DNA of 64,000 nt from a virus: the IMG/VR virus record IMGVR_UViG_3300021962_000027; one strand, written 5' to 3'. The translations under genes were made by a program, and so were the position numbers. This document shows positions 22,753-32,936 of this stretch, one piece after another. How positions within the stretch are numbered: position 1 is the first letter of the stretch; every line of letters starts with the position of its first letter. Under the pieces are notes generated by a model that saw only the letters and a program-made list of their open reading frames with translations, did not search any database and was not told the DNA's origin.

Positions 22753-23132
22753 TGGGTTTTATTAAACGAAATAAATATACTTTTGAGATATATCTCACTG
22801 ATAAGGGTAGAGAGGCCTTTGTTAATAAAGGTTTTAAAAATAGTGTTACTTATTTTTCATTAATTGATAATAATAATTATCAACAAATGTCTGGCTTTGA
22901 CGTTAACCTTTTAACAGGTCAAACAATACCAACGATAAAATATTACGATAACACGGAAGTTAATGACAGTGATGAAGTATATACACAGAATTCTAATAGG
23001 GGTTCCGTGGATAATAATATTGAGTTTACAAACGGTTTTTTGGGTGTGTCTCAGACAGCTGAGAATAACTATATCGTATATGAACCAGATATTTCACCAG
23101 AAACATTAGGTATAACAACATTTAAAGACTAA
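22752..23132 (+). CDS. Small structural protein with LT.KGR..F motif
   Basis: IYLTDKGREAF..TYFSLID resembles the N-terminus of the preceding ORF. Confidence 0.55.
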   Translation: MGFIKRNKYTFEIYLTDKGREAFVNKGFKNSVTYFSLIDNNNYQQMSGFDVNLLTGQTIPTIKYYDNTEVNDSDEVYTQNSNRGSVDNNIEFTNGFLGVSQTAENNYIVYEPDISPETLGITTFKD

Positions 23133-23133
23133 A

Positions 23134-24189
23134 ATGGCTAGACAATATAACCTTAAAAATTTTAATGGTATACATTTAAAATCACCATATGATTATGATT
23201 CGTATAATACTAATGGTATTAGTGCGTTAATTGAAAATTTTGATTTATACCCATTAAAAAGTACTGATATCACGGATTTTCATTTTATCAACAGCTCAAT
23301 TAGATTAGTTGATCAGGGTTCGATTTATTATGGAAAAATACTAGGTGATGGATTTATTGGGGATAATCTATATGTCACAAGAACACATGATTTAACTTAT
23401 TCACAGATAAGAAAAGATAACGAATTAGTTAAAGGTGAAAAGTATTTTAACGACTTTAATTTTTATTTTAATTTTAATGGTACTGATGCATCTGGTTTTG
23501 ATATTGGTAGTACGGGCTATACAATAAATGTTAGTTTATATGTTATATTAGGTAATACTAAAAGAAAATTAAAATTAACTGACTTAAGGGTTTATGATTA
23601 CACAAACCCAACATATAGTGGTACAAAAGATAACCCAGTAGATGCTGGATATAAAACCATGGTAGTTGGATCTATTTATGATAATAAAGTGAACATAGTT
23701 AGTGATAACATTGTGATGTCCTTTTTACCCAAACCAAGGGCTTATGATATCTATAATAATATGGGTATCACAACTGGTTCAACAATAAGTTATTCATATG
23801 TTGAGGGTGATAGCGGTAGTATTAATTATGGTAATGGTATTAGTACCAGTATTGGTCCATCATCGGTAATGAGACGAATTTCATTTTCAAAACCAGAAGT
23901 TTATGCTGGTCCAGGTATTAATACACCAGATGACTATCAAGTTATCGATGTTGGTTTTGAACCATCTGAAATAGCACCATTTGATGTTATGTCGGGTCCA
24001 TTATTTAGGGTAACCGCTTCATTGGATGTTTCATCTGAGTTGGAGTTCGATTCAAATATTTGTACAGGTAACAAAGAGTATAAAATATTGGTTGATTATA
24101 ACGGGACTATGTCTAAAACAATAATAACTTATGAAATGGATACGTATATGGATGAAGCATCTTCGTTACCAACAGCATTACCAGCTTAA
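23134..24189 (+). CDS. Hypothetical (likely structural) protein
   Basis: 351-aa coupled ORF in the tail module. Confidence 0.5.
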   Translation: MARQYNLKNFNGIHLKSPYDYDSYNTNGISALIENFDLYPLKSTDITDFHFINSSIRLVDQGSIYYGKILGDGFIGDNLYVTRTHDLTYSQIRKDNELVKGEKYFNDFNFYFNFNGTDASGFDIGSTGYTINVSLYVILGNTKRKLKLTDLRVYDYTNPTYSGTKDNPVDAGYKTMVVGSIYDNKVNIVSDNIVMSFLPKPRAYDIYNNMGITTGSTISYSYVEGDSGSINYGNGISTSIGPSSVMRRISFSKPEVYAGPGINTPDDYQVIDVGFEPSEIAPFDVMSGPLFRVTASLDVSSELEFDSNICTGNKEYKILVDYNGTMSKTIITYEMDTYMDEASSLPTALPA

Positions 24190-24202
24190 TTAAATAAAAG
24201 AT

Positions 24203-24805
24203 ATGGCAACTATTCAATACGGAACAAAAGTTGTAAAGGTGATGCCCACTTTTAGTTTTGTTATCTCTAAAAACAATTTCTACATTAATACACCAGGTTT
24301 TAGTGTAAATGCAACAACTGATAAATATTTATCACTTGAAAAAGATGGTACTTTCAATATTTTAAACACAAATACGCAACCGATATATTTTAATGACATA
24401 ACATTTGTTAAAGCAACACCCAGGGATTCAGAATTAAAATCCAGATCAAACTTTATTAAGGTTTTACTAACTAAAACATATGAAACTGAAACAAAATATT
24501 ATCAGGAATATACGGTATCAACTAATGGTATCGTTACTGGTATATTAACAATTGTCACTGATTTAAGCGTTATTGGTTCAAATAAAGTAATAATACCGTT
24601 AGCTAGATTAGAATTTTCAGCTTTTTATGAGGTTAAAAATCTCGGGCAACTAAGTAAACACTATTATGGTAAAACAACCAATAACCCGTTAAAAAGAGTT
24701 GGTATCGTAGATTTTACCTTTAATTTAAAGGCTTATGGTGATAAAGAACTCACTAAATTAATAAACGAAGAACTTGTTATATCAACAATTTTGGTAAATA
24801 CGTAA
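24203..24805 (+). CDS. Hypothetical (likely structural) protein
   Basis: 200-aa beta-rich ORF. Confidence 0.5.
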   Translation: MATIQYGTKVVKVMPTFSFVISKNNFYINTPGFSVNATTDKYLSLEKDGTFNILNTNTQPIYFNDITFVKATPRDSELKSRSNFIKVLLTKTYETETKYYQEYTVSTNGIVTGILTIVTDLSVIGSNKVIIPLARLEFSAFYEVKNLGQLSKHYYGKTTNNPLKRVGIVDFTFNLKAYGDKELTKLINEELVISTILVNT

Positions 24806-24891
24806 AAAATACAAATGAGGCTATATTTATTATAAGAAAATAATAGCTTGACTTATATAATAAAATTAATATTTTTAAATAAAAAAACAAT

Positions 24892-25137
24892 ATGGGGTTC
24901 GTACCACAAAGCGGAAGCACCGATGAAATTAAAGTCTACCTAACAGAATTGGGTAGAAGAAGACTTTTGGAACAAGGTTTCATACCAGCACAATTCTCTA
25001 TATCTGATGAAGATGGTAACTACAATGCGTTATCAACTGTTGATCAGGTTGTTACAGATATCACTGGTGATTACAATGATAATGTTTATGCAATATCAAA
25101 GAACATTACAATAAAAGGCCAAATTTTAAGAAAATAA
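24892..25137 (+). CDS. Small structural protein with LT.LGRR.L motif
   Basis: VYLTELGRRRLLEQGF..QFSISDED.NY; paralogous to the N-termini of the ORFs at 20026 and 22752. Confidence 0.6.
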   Translation: MGFVPQSGSTDEIKVYLTELGRRRLLEQGFIPAQFSISDEDGNYNALSTVDQVVTDITGDYNDNVYAISKNITIKGQILRK

Positions 25138-25141
25138 TATA

Positions 25142-26998
25142 ATGAGCGCAATATTAAAAGTTAGAATCCCATATTACGGTAGAACCATCTCAACAGGTAC
25201 AGATGGTGTAGCCGAATTCTATTTATTAGAAAAACCAAAATATGTACCAGCTTTAAATCAAACAGTTGTTATTACCCATACTGAGGTATCAACTAGTACT
25301 GGTTTGAACACAAAATTAACGAATATATCAACTAACACTGTTTTGGGTAGATTTCAAGCGGCACCAGATTTATCATCTAATGCTACTGCGATTTCGGCAA
25401 ATGGTGGTTATAGCTATTTATATACAATTGCGTATAATGATACCGAGTTTTCACAACCACAATATGGTGGTACTTGCCGTGGTTATATTGAATTTGATTA
25501 TAACCCAGCTAATTATAATATTTTAAAACCAGTTGAGAGTGTTGTGGTTGTTAATGAAACAGTACCATTTGATTTAGCTAATGGTTACCAAACACTTAAT
25601 CATAATTTTACTGGAACAACATTAAATACAACTGATGTTTTACCAGGGTTTTTTGTTGGTAGACAAGATAATAATACAATTTTCGCCAATTTATTAAAAT
25701 CACTTAATCTACCTGTTACTGATGAAGAATATAAAAAATATTCAAGAACTGCATATGGTACTTTAAGCATTGCGGGTACGAATGACACGGTTGCTATTAG
25801 AAAAAATGGTGTCAACTATAAATGGACTGCAATTACGTCTTCATATACGGGTACAACTGACGCATTATTGGTACACCCAACAACAGGTTACACTGGTGAA
25901 TACTATAACACTGTTATGCAAACAATTGGTTGTAATGAGTTTGAAGCAAACAAACCATGGAATATCCCAGTACCAAATGATATGTATTTAATTTTTGAGG
26001 TACCTAATAACAAATATGGTGAAATTATAGATGGTAAAACTGTTAAATTCACATTACCTTATTATGTTGGTACTGAATCGTCTAACGCTGATGAAAAACG
26101 TTTAGGTGTTATGACGTATATCGGCACTGAATCAACAATTGATTTATATGGTACATATAATGAAGCTGGTATTAACAATAATTTGGATAGAAAATTATCT
26201 GAGCCAAATATTAGTTTATCAACATTGGGTGTTAGACCTGATTTAGCTAATGTAACTGAAACCACTTATGAGAGTAACGCTGTTCTTTTATTCTGTGATG
26301 ATATCGCAGCCCCATCAGCTAACTTTAATAACTGGGGTGACGGCTACACCGAAGTACTTAACGGTACTAAAGTTTTCTCACCAACAGCACAGGAAAAACC
26401 AACGTATAATTATAAAAATGATACTTGTGTTGGTGTTGCTTATCTCGATAAAGGTTTTATCGTTGTAACACATCCATTGATCGTTGACTCATACTTTAAG
26501 GCTATTTTTGACGGTGATATTGTTACAGCTGGTACAACAAATGTTCTTAAAAATTATGATTTAATTAACGGTATTACCACTGATACTAGAGGTGACGTTA
26601 GAACAACTGATTCAGGGGATACTGAACAACTTATTGTAACTAAAGATGGTACCGATATTCTATGGGATAGTACACAATTTATTTACACTGGTGCTCAAAC
26701 ATCTGAATTAAGCTATAATAGCTATAACACCGAAAAATCATTAAATGTCGTTTGTTTAGCGTCATCGGATGAGTTCTTTAAGTCATCTAATGACACAGCT
26801 AAAGAATTACAAGGTGTTGGGCAAACTGAAGATTACGCCTCATTTAAATCAACAAATGGTGATTTATACCCAGTTATCATTACCCAATTAGGTATCCACG
26901 ATGCCCAGGGTAATTTATTAGCTATTTGTAAACCAACTCAACCAATTAAAAAGTATTGGTATGATGTTGTTTCATTTAATGTGAAAATAAGACTATAA
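25142..26998 (+). CDS. Tail/baseplate protein with tail-collar-like C-terminal half
   Basis: C-term ITQLGIHDAQGNLLAICKPTQPIKK matches the C-terminus of the ORF at 20026. Confidence 0.6.
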   Translation: MSAILKVRIPYYGRTISTGTDGVAEFYLLEKPKYVPALNQTVVITHTEVSTSTGLNTKLTNISTNTVLGRFQAAPDLSSNATAISANGGYSYLYTIAYNDTEFSQPQYGGTCRGYIEFDYNPANYNILKPVESVVVVNETVPFDLANGYQTLNHNFTGTTLNTTDVLPGFFVGRQDNNTIFANLLKSLNLPVTDEEYKKYSRTAYGTLSIAGTNDTVAIRKNGVNYKWTAITSSYTGTTDALLVHPTTGYTGEYYNTVMQTIGCNEFEANKPWNIPVPNDMYLIFEVPNNKYGEIIDGKTVKFTLPYYVGTESSNADEKRLGVMTYIGTESTIDLYGTYNEAGINNNLDRKLSEPNISLSTLGVRPDLANVTETTYESNAVLLFCDDIAAPSANFNNWGDGYTEVLNGTKVFSPTAQEKPTYNYKNDTCVGVAYLDKGFIVVTHPLIVDSYFKAIFDGDIVTAGTTNVLKNYDLINGITTDTRGDVRTTDSGDTEQLIVTKDGTDILWDSTQFIYTGAQTSELSYNSYNTEKSLNVVCLASSDEFFKSSNDTAKELQGVGQTEDYASFKSTNGDLYPVIITQLGIHDAQGNLLAICKPTQPIKKYWYDVVSFNVKIRL

Positions 26999-27009
26999 TT
27001 TAAAAATAT

Positions 27010-27606
27010 ATGCAAGAGATACAAGAAGAATTTTACTTACTTGGACTAGACGTTTCAACTAAAACAATCGGAATTTCATTATTCAACAATAAAGGTGAGC
27101 TTTTGGAGTTAACACACATTTCCCCAAAAGCTAAACCTGAACCAAAAACAAAAACAGAGGAGCTTATTAAAAAAGCTGATTTATTTTATGACTTCATCCA
27201 GAAGTATAGAAAAATGGCTATTAAATACATTGTGATTGAAGAACCTTTGTTACGTTCAAACAATGTTAATACAGTTGGAACTTTATTACGTTTTAACGGT
27301 ATGGTTACTAAAATTTGTTATGACGTTATCGGGGTTGTCCCAGAATACGTTTCGACTTATGAGGCTAGAAAAAATGCGTTTCCATCATTAATGCAACCTA
27401 ATTCATCTGGTAAACCAGTTTTATTCGGTGGGCTACCAAAAGATGTTGATAAGAAAAAAATCGTATGGGATCTTGTTGCTAAAAGAGAACCCGCTATTAA
27501 TTGGTTATTGGACAAAAAAGGTCAGTTAAAAAAAGAGAATTTTGATATGTCTGACGCATACACCGTAATGTTAGCTTTCGCCCACCAAAAAGAAATTTTT
27601 GAATAA
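27010..27606 (+). CDS. RuvC-like Holliday junction resolvase
   Basis: LGLDVSTKTIG, IVIEEP and DMSDAY catalytic motifs. Confidence 0.8.
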   Translation: MQEIQEEFYLLGLDVSTKTIGISLFNNKGELLELTHISPKAKPEPKTKTEELIKKADLFYDFIQKYRKMAIKYIVIEEPLLRSNNVNTVGTLLRFNGMVTKICYDVIGVVPEYVSTYEARKNAFPSLMQPNSSGKPVLFGGLPKDVDKKKIVWDLVAKREPAINWLLDKKGQLKKENFDMSDAYTVMLAFAHQKEIFE

Positions 27607-27607
27607 A

Positions 27608-27639
27608 TTTGGTTGTTCGAAAATAATTCCTTACATTTG
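27608..27639 (+). promoter_or_regulatory. Bacteroidota primary-sigma promoter (-33 TTTG / -7 TAnnTTTG)
   Basis: TTTG (27608-11), 20-nt spacer, TACATTTG (27632-39). Confidence 0.8.
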
Positions 27640-27647
27640 TGGGAATT

Positions 27648-28613
27648 ATGGAGATTATCAGTAAAGAGTTAGAGGTTGACAAACTAGTTTTTTTGTTAGA
27701 GTCATTTTTAGGTGAACCTAGGAAGCATAACAAAAGAGCTAGACAAATCAGTTTTGACTGCCCGAATTGTTCAGCAATGAAGGGTATTGAATATGACCGT
27801 AAAGGTAATCTTGAAATATCTTATAAAGATGGTATCTATCATTGTTGGGCATGTGGTGAAACAGATGAGACAAAAGGTAGACTATCAAATTTAGTTAGAC
27901 AATATTCAGACAAAAAAACATTAAGCGAATTCTTCAAACTTAATTTCAAATTTAATGAATTTACAAAGGCTGAAGAAAAGAAAGATGAACTAAAGTTACC
28001 AGAAGAATATATTAAGTTAACACCTAAATTATTAGGTAGCACAGATTTTAACCCAGCATTCGCTTACTTGTATGATAGGGGTATAAATGATCAGCAGATA
28101 GATAAATTCAACATAGGTTATTGCCTAACAGGTAAATATCAATATAGGGTTGTTATCCCTTCATATGATTTGGAAAATAAGTTAAACTTTTTTGTAACCA
28201 GAGCCATAAACACAAAAGTAACAAAGTTTAAATACCTAAACCCATCGGTTGAAAAACAGTTGATAATCTTTAACGAAAGGTTGATTGATTGGGAAAAACC
28301 GATTTTCTTGGTTGAGGGTGTTTTTGACCATATTGTTGTACCAAACAGCATACCTTTATTAGGTAAAAAAATTTCTGACAAATTATTCAATGATTTGTAC
28401 TTTAAATCAAAAAATTTTATTATTATTGCACTGGACCCAGATGCATGGAACGATACACTTAAGATTTACCAAAAATTAGATGCTGGTAAATTATATAAAA
28501 AGATATTGGTGACAAAGTTACCAGATGGTGTTGACCTATCATTATACAATGAGAGGTTTGGACAAGAACACTTGAAAAAATTATTACAAACAAGCAAAAG
28601 AATTAAAGAATGA
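27648..28613 (+). CDS. DNA primase (Zn finger + TOPRIM)
   Basis: CPNC..CWAC zinc finger, YLYDRG, RVVIP, KYLNP, EGVFD, LDPDA. ATG at 27648 preferred over the track start because the promoter overlaps 27639. Confidence 0.88.
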   Translation: MEIISKELEVDKLVFLLESFLGEPRKHNKRARQISFDCPNCSAMKGIEYDRKGNLEISYKDGIYHCWACGETDETKGRLSNLVRQYSDKKTLSEFFKLNFKFNEFTKAEEKKDELKLPEEYIKLTPKLLGSTDFNPAFAYLYDRGINDQQIDKFNIGYCLTGKYQYRVVIPSYDLENKLNFFVTRAINTKVTKFKYLNPSVEKQLIIFNERLIDWEKPIFLVEGVFDHIVVPNSIPLLGKKISDKLFNDLYFKSKNFIIIALDPDAWNDTLKIYQKLDAGKLYKKILVTKLPDGVDLSLYNERFGQEHLKKLLQTSKRIKE

Positions 28614-29353
28614 TAACATTAGATCACGCAACCCACACGTACAGTAACAGTAAAAAACCCACTGTTAAGTATACGTCAGTTACTACTGTATTGGGGCAGT
28701 ACAAAGAAAAATTTGACGAGGATTTCCATGCGGAGAGAATCGCACAAAGAAAAGGTGTAGAGAAAGAAGAGATTATTGCCGAATGGCGAGAGATAAACCG
28801 AATGGCTAATGAGTATGGTACCGCTTTGCACGAAATTCTTGAAAGATTTTTGTTGGCACCTAACAGAATGTACTCACCGAGAGACGAGTTTGAAAAAATT
28901 GTAATTGGTGCGTTTAGGGATGTTTGTTACGAAGAGAATTTAAGTTTGATCGATAGTCCATACCTTAAACCAGAACACATCATGTCGATTGAATTTAACG
29001 ATGATGAGGGTGTTGCAGGTACTTCGGATATTATTGAGGATTTACCAGACGGTATGTTCTTCAATGTATGGGATTTTAAGACAAACAAAAGGTTTGAGTA
29101 TGAAAACAAATATGGTGAATTTTTACATTTTCCGTTAAACCATTTGGCCCACTGTCAGTATAATGATTACACAATTCAATTATCCGTATATGGTGTGATG
29201 TATGAGAGAGAAACTGGTAAGAAATTTAATCGTGGTGGTTTATTCTACTGGGATAAAAACATTCAAATCTTCAAATTGATCCCAATTGGGTATATGAAAA
29301 AAGAAGCTGAAATGCTTATCGAACACTATAAAATGAAAAGACTTATATTATGA
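28610..29353 (+). CDS. PD-(D/E)XK exonuclease (RecB/Cas4-like superfamily)
   Basis: SVTT, GTALHE, E..AGTSD, WDFKT, QLSVY motifs. Confidence 0.85.
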   Translation: MITLDHATHTYSNSKKPTVKYTSVTTVLGQYKEKFDEDFHAERIAQRKGVEKEEIIAEWREINRMANEYGTALHEILERFLLAPNRMYSPRDEFEKIVIGAFRDVCYEENLSLIDSPYLKPEHIMSIEFNDDEGVAGTSDIIEDLPDGMFFNVWDFKTNKRFEYENKYGEFLHFPLNHLAHCQYNDYTIQLSVYGVMYERETGKKFNRGGLFYWDKNIQIFKLIPIGYMKKEAEMLIEHYKMKRLIL

Positions 29354-30150
29354 TAGAAACAATCGCACACATAGCGGATATTCATTTCAGGAATATCCAA
29401 AGACATAACGAGTTTAGAGCAATTTGCGAAAACTTCTTTGACCAAATGAAAAAGATTAAACCAGAAAGGATTGTTATTGCTGGTGATATCGTGCATTCAA
29501 GAAATCAAATCAGCCCTGAATTAGTCAGTGAAGTATCTTGGTTCTTAAGCGGCTGTTCTAAGGCCGCTGGTAAGGTTATTATCATTCCAGGGAATCATGA
29601 CATCGTTGAACAGAATAAAGAGCGCATGGACGCTCTAACACCTATCATTAACGCTTTGGATGCCGATAACATTGTTTATTACACAAAGTCTGGTTTATAT
29701 CAAGATGAGAACGTTGTTTGGTCAGTATTCAGTATTTTTGATAACCATATGTCGCCAGAACAGTTAGAAATGAGACCTTTTGGCGGATTATACGTTGGAT
29801 TATACCATGGTACTATTGTTGGTGCTGTAAATGAGCAGGGTTTTAAATTCACTCACGGTGCTGATACAAATAAATTCAGACATTGTGACATGGTTCTTTG
29901 TGGTGATATCCATAAAAGACAGGTTTTCATGGTTGACGAAACCAAACCAGTTATTATGGTTGGATCATTTATTCAGCAAAATTTTGGTGAAACTGTTAGT
30001 CAACATGGTTTTAATATCGTAAAAATTAATAACGACAAGTTATTATCATACGAATTTCATGATATTGAGAACCCAGTTAAATACCTAACATTTAAAATAA
30101 CCGATATAAGTGATATAGAGGATAATAACGAACTTTTAGTCAATGCCTAA
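29350..30150 (+). CDS. SbcD/Mre11-like (gp47) nuclease, phosphoesterase domain only
   Basis: ADIH, GDIVH, GNHD, HG, GDIH, GSFIQQNFGE motifs. Confidence 0.88.
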   Translation: MIETIAHIADIHFRNIQRHNEFRAICENFFDQMKKIKPERIVIAGDIVHSRNQISPELVSEVSWFLSGCSKAAGKVIIIPGNHDIVEQNKERMDALTPIINALDADNIVYYTKSGLYQDENVVWSVFSIFDNHMSPEQLEMRPFGGLYVGLYHGTIVGAVNEQGFKFTHGADTNKFRHCDMVLCGDIHKRQVFMVDETKPVIMVGSFIQQNFGETVSQHGFNIVKINNDKLLSYEFHDIENPVKYLTFKITDISDIEDNNELLVNA

Positions 30151-30577
30151 TATAACGATAGAAAAATCATTATACGATGAAATAGCGGGCTTCTGTGAGC
30201 TTAATTCGATAACAGATGTTAATGGCTTTATAAATAAAACCCTTAACAAAGGTTTCGATATGGAAAAATACGGTGAATCATTCGCTTTATTATTTAATAA
30301 ATCTTCTGAAGATATTATACATATTAAACCAAAAAAAGAAGAACCTAAAGTTATTGAACAGTTAGTGATTGAACCAGAGGTTAATGTTAAAAAACGTGGT
30401 AGAAAGAAAAAAGAAGAACCTAAAGTTGAGGAGATCACACCAGAAGTTATTCTACCCGAGGTGGAAAAAGAGCCGATCTATAAAATAAAAGAAGAAGAGA
30501 TTAAAAAAGTTGAAAAAAAATACGTAACTTTGAAAAATAAGAGGGACGACAATTACGATGTATATGACGAAATCTAA
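30143..30577 (+). CDS. Hypothetical protein with K/E-rich tail
   Basis: 144 aa, overlaps both neighbours; KKEEPKV duplicated. Confidence 0.6.
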   Translation: MPNITIEKSLYDEIAGFCELNSITDVNGFINKTLNKGFDMEKYGESFALLFNKSSEDIIHIKPKKEEPKVIEQLVIEPEVNVKKRGRKKKEEPKVEEITPEVILPEVEKEPIYKIKEEEIKKVEKKYVTLKNKRDDNYDVYDEI

Positions 30578-32936
30578 AATAAATAACGCAGATCTTTACG
30601 ATGGTAACAACCAAATCAAGGTAATTTGGGAAGATACTCTAGACAACCACTCAACACATAAAGAAAAACAAGTTGAGAAATATTTTCAAAATAAATATAA
30701 GACTAACAAAGTTAAAGTTATATTTAAACCAATATCAGTTAAAAATAGTGATGTGGTTGCTGAAGGTACGGCAGATGCTTCAGAGGTTATCCTTGACGAG
30801 AATTATCAAAAACAATTAATCGAAAGTTATCTAAAAGATAATAAGGTTGATATACCTATGGATTATTTGATGAAATTAGATAATTCAGTTAATGTTGAAT
30901 TAGAGGATTATAAAGATCAGACAAATCGATATAAAAAATTCAAAATTAAACAAATACAGTTTTCTAACTTCCTATCTTTTGGTGAAAATAATAAAATTGA
31001 TTTCACCAATAAACTGGGTATCACATCTGTTATGTCGAACCCAGCTAACTTTGGTGGTAAAACAACAATGACTGTTGACTTATTACTATTTTTGTTTTTT
31101 GGTGTGACATCAAAGACCGATAAGATGGAAGAAGTGTTTAACCGATTTAGCGATGAGGATACCGTTAGTGTTAAAGGTATGGTTGAAATCGAAGGGGATA
31201 ATTACATCATCAGTAGAAAGATCAATAGAAAGCAAGGTAGAAACGGTGAATACACATGTAAAAGTGAATTAGATTTTTACCAAGTGTTACCAAAAGGTGG
31301 TGTTAAACAAATGAATGGTGAACAAAGGAAATTTACCGATGATTTGATTAAAACCTATGTTGGATCTTACGAAGATTTCTTAATTACCATCCTAACAACA
31401 GGTGATAACCTAGATGACCTCATCAAGACTAAACCAACTGAACGTGGTAGAATCTTAACGAAGTTTATCGGGTTAGAATTCTTCAGAGAAAAAGAAAAAA
31501 TCGCTAAAAAGAAACACCAGGAATGGAAAGAATCCTCAAAACTATACCACAATAATAGCCAAGATATTTTAGGTAGGATAGAAACTGAGAGTACTAAGAT
31601 AAAGGATAACCAAGAATTTATCAAATCACTTGAGGTTTCACTTAGGGGTAAACAGCAATTGCTTAAAGAATTTGATGAGGAAAGAGATAGGTTAAATAGT
31701 ATTCGTGTTAATGTTGACACCGAACTTTATAAACTAAATGATAAGGATATTTTAGCGGGTATTGAAAAGGTTAAAGACCTCATTAAAACTAAAAATGAGG
31801 AAATTGAACAGCTGAAAAAAGATAACCCAAAACCTAAGGATAAGTTTGACGTTGATGCGTATGCAACAGCTGTATCAACCATACGTGATACTAGAGAAAA
31901 AGAGGTTGAATTAAGAATGGAAATCGCTTCAATCGAGAATACCATTAAAATGCTTGAAGATGGTGAAATTTGTCAGTCTTGTCAAAGACCATTAGAAGGT
32001 GTTGACCATAAAAAAGAGATCTCAGAAAACAATAAAAAGTTAAAAACAAAAAATACGGCACACAAAAAAGTGGTTACGAGTATCGAAGAATTGTCTAAAA
32101 AGATAACGGATTACGATACCATTAAAACTCTATGGGACACTTATAATAAGGTTGAACTATTGTTAGAAAATAAACAAATGGAGTTGAAAAACTATGAAGG
32201 TAGTTTAGAGCGTGGCTTAGAGAAGTTAAAGGCGTATGGTCTAGCAAAAGAAGCTTTAGAGAAAAACAAAATTATTGATACCGATTTACAGACTTTAAAG
32301 TTTAAAACCCAAAACGAAACGAATGATAAAGATAGTTTAATGTTACAAATTAATAGCATTAATAAGGATATCGAATTATCTGAAAGTAAAATAACTGATT
32401 TCAATAACTTGATTAATGAACTTAAACGAGAGGAATTGGTTGATAAAATATTTAAGGTTTATTTAGATGTCTACGGTAAAAACGGTATTTCAAAAATGGT
32501 ACTGAGCACAATGATCCCATTAATTAATAGTCATTTAAAAATCTTATTATCCGACACATGTGATTTTGATTTGGCGATGAAGATGAATGAAAAAAGTGAA
32601 GTTGAGTTCTGGATGATTGATTGTGAAACTGGTATTGAAAAACCATTAGCCTCTGGATCTGGTTATGAAAAAACTGTTAGTTCTTTAGCATTGAGATGTG
32701 TGTTAAGTAAAGTTTGTTCATTACCTAAACCAAATATCATTATCTTTGACGAAGTTACTGGTAAGGTATCTAACGATAATTTAGATAGACTTGGTATGTT
32801 CTTCGAAAAACTAAAAAGTTTATTTGAACACATTTGGGTAATCAGTCATAACCCATATGTACAAGATTGGGCTGATAATATTGTAAGAGTTGAAAAAACG
32901 GATAACATTTCAAAAGTGGTAGAGGTAAATGAATAA
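30558..32936 (+). CDS. SbcC/Rad50-like (gp46) SMC ATPase with an extra ~125-aa N-terminal domain
   Basis: NFLSFG, Walker A NFGGKTT, coiled coils, CQSC zinc hook, signature SGSGYEK, Walker B IIFDE, ISH. Confidence 0.92.
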   Translation: MYMTKSKINNADLYDGNNQIKVIWEDTLDNHSTHKEKQVEKYFQNKYKTNKVKVIFKPISVKNSDVVAEGTADASEVILDENYQKQLIESYLKDNKVDIPMDYLMKLDNSVNVELEDYKDQTNRYKKFKIKQIQFSNFLSFGENNKIDFTNKLGITSVMSNPANFGGKTTMTVDLLLFLFFGVTSKTDKMEEVFNRFSDEDTVSVKGMVEIEGDNYIISRKINRKQGRNGEYTCKSELDFYQVLPKGGVKQMNGEQRKFTDDLIKTYVGSYEDFLITILTTGDNLDDLIKTKPTERGRILTKFIGLEFFREKEKIAKKKHQEWKESSKLYHNNSQDILGRIETESTKIKDNQEFIKSLEVSLRGKQQLLKEFDEERDRLNSIRVNVDTELYKLNDKDILAGIEKVKDLIKTKNEEIEQLKKDNPKPKDKFDVDAYATAVSTIRDTREKEVELRMEIASIENTIKMLEDGEICQSCQRPLEGVDHKKEISENNKKLKTKNTAHKKVVTSIEELSKKITDYDTIKTLWDTYNKVELLLENKQMELKNYEGSLERGLEKLKAYGLAKEALEKNKIIDTDLQTLKFKTQNETNDKDSLMLQINSINKDIELSESKITDFNNLINELKREELVDKIFKVYLDVYGKNGISKMVLSTMIPLINSHLKILLSDTCDFDLAMKMNEKSEVEFWMIDCETGIEKPLASGSGYEKTVSSLALRCVLSKVCSLPKPNIIIFDEVTGKVSNDNLDRLGMFFEKLKSLFEHIWVISHNPYVQDWADNIVRVEKTDNISKVVEVNE

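Noticed and set aside
28610-29353. Cas4 as part of a CRISPR system
   Set aside because: No Fe-S cysteine set, array or other cas genes; it is an ordinary phage exonuclease in the recombination block.
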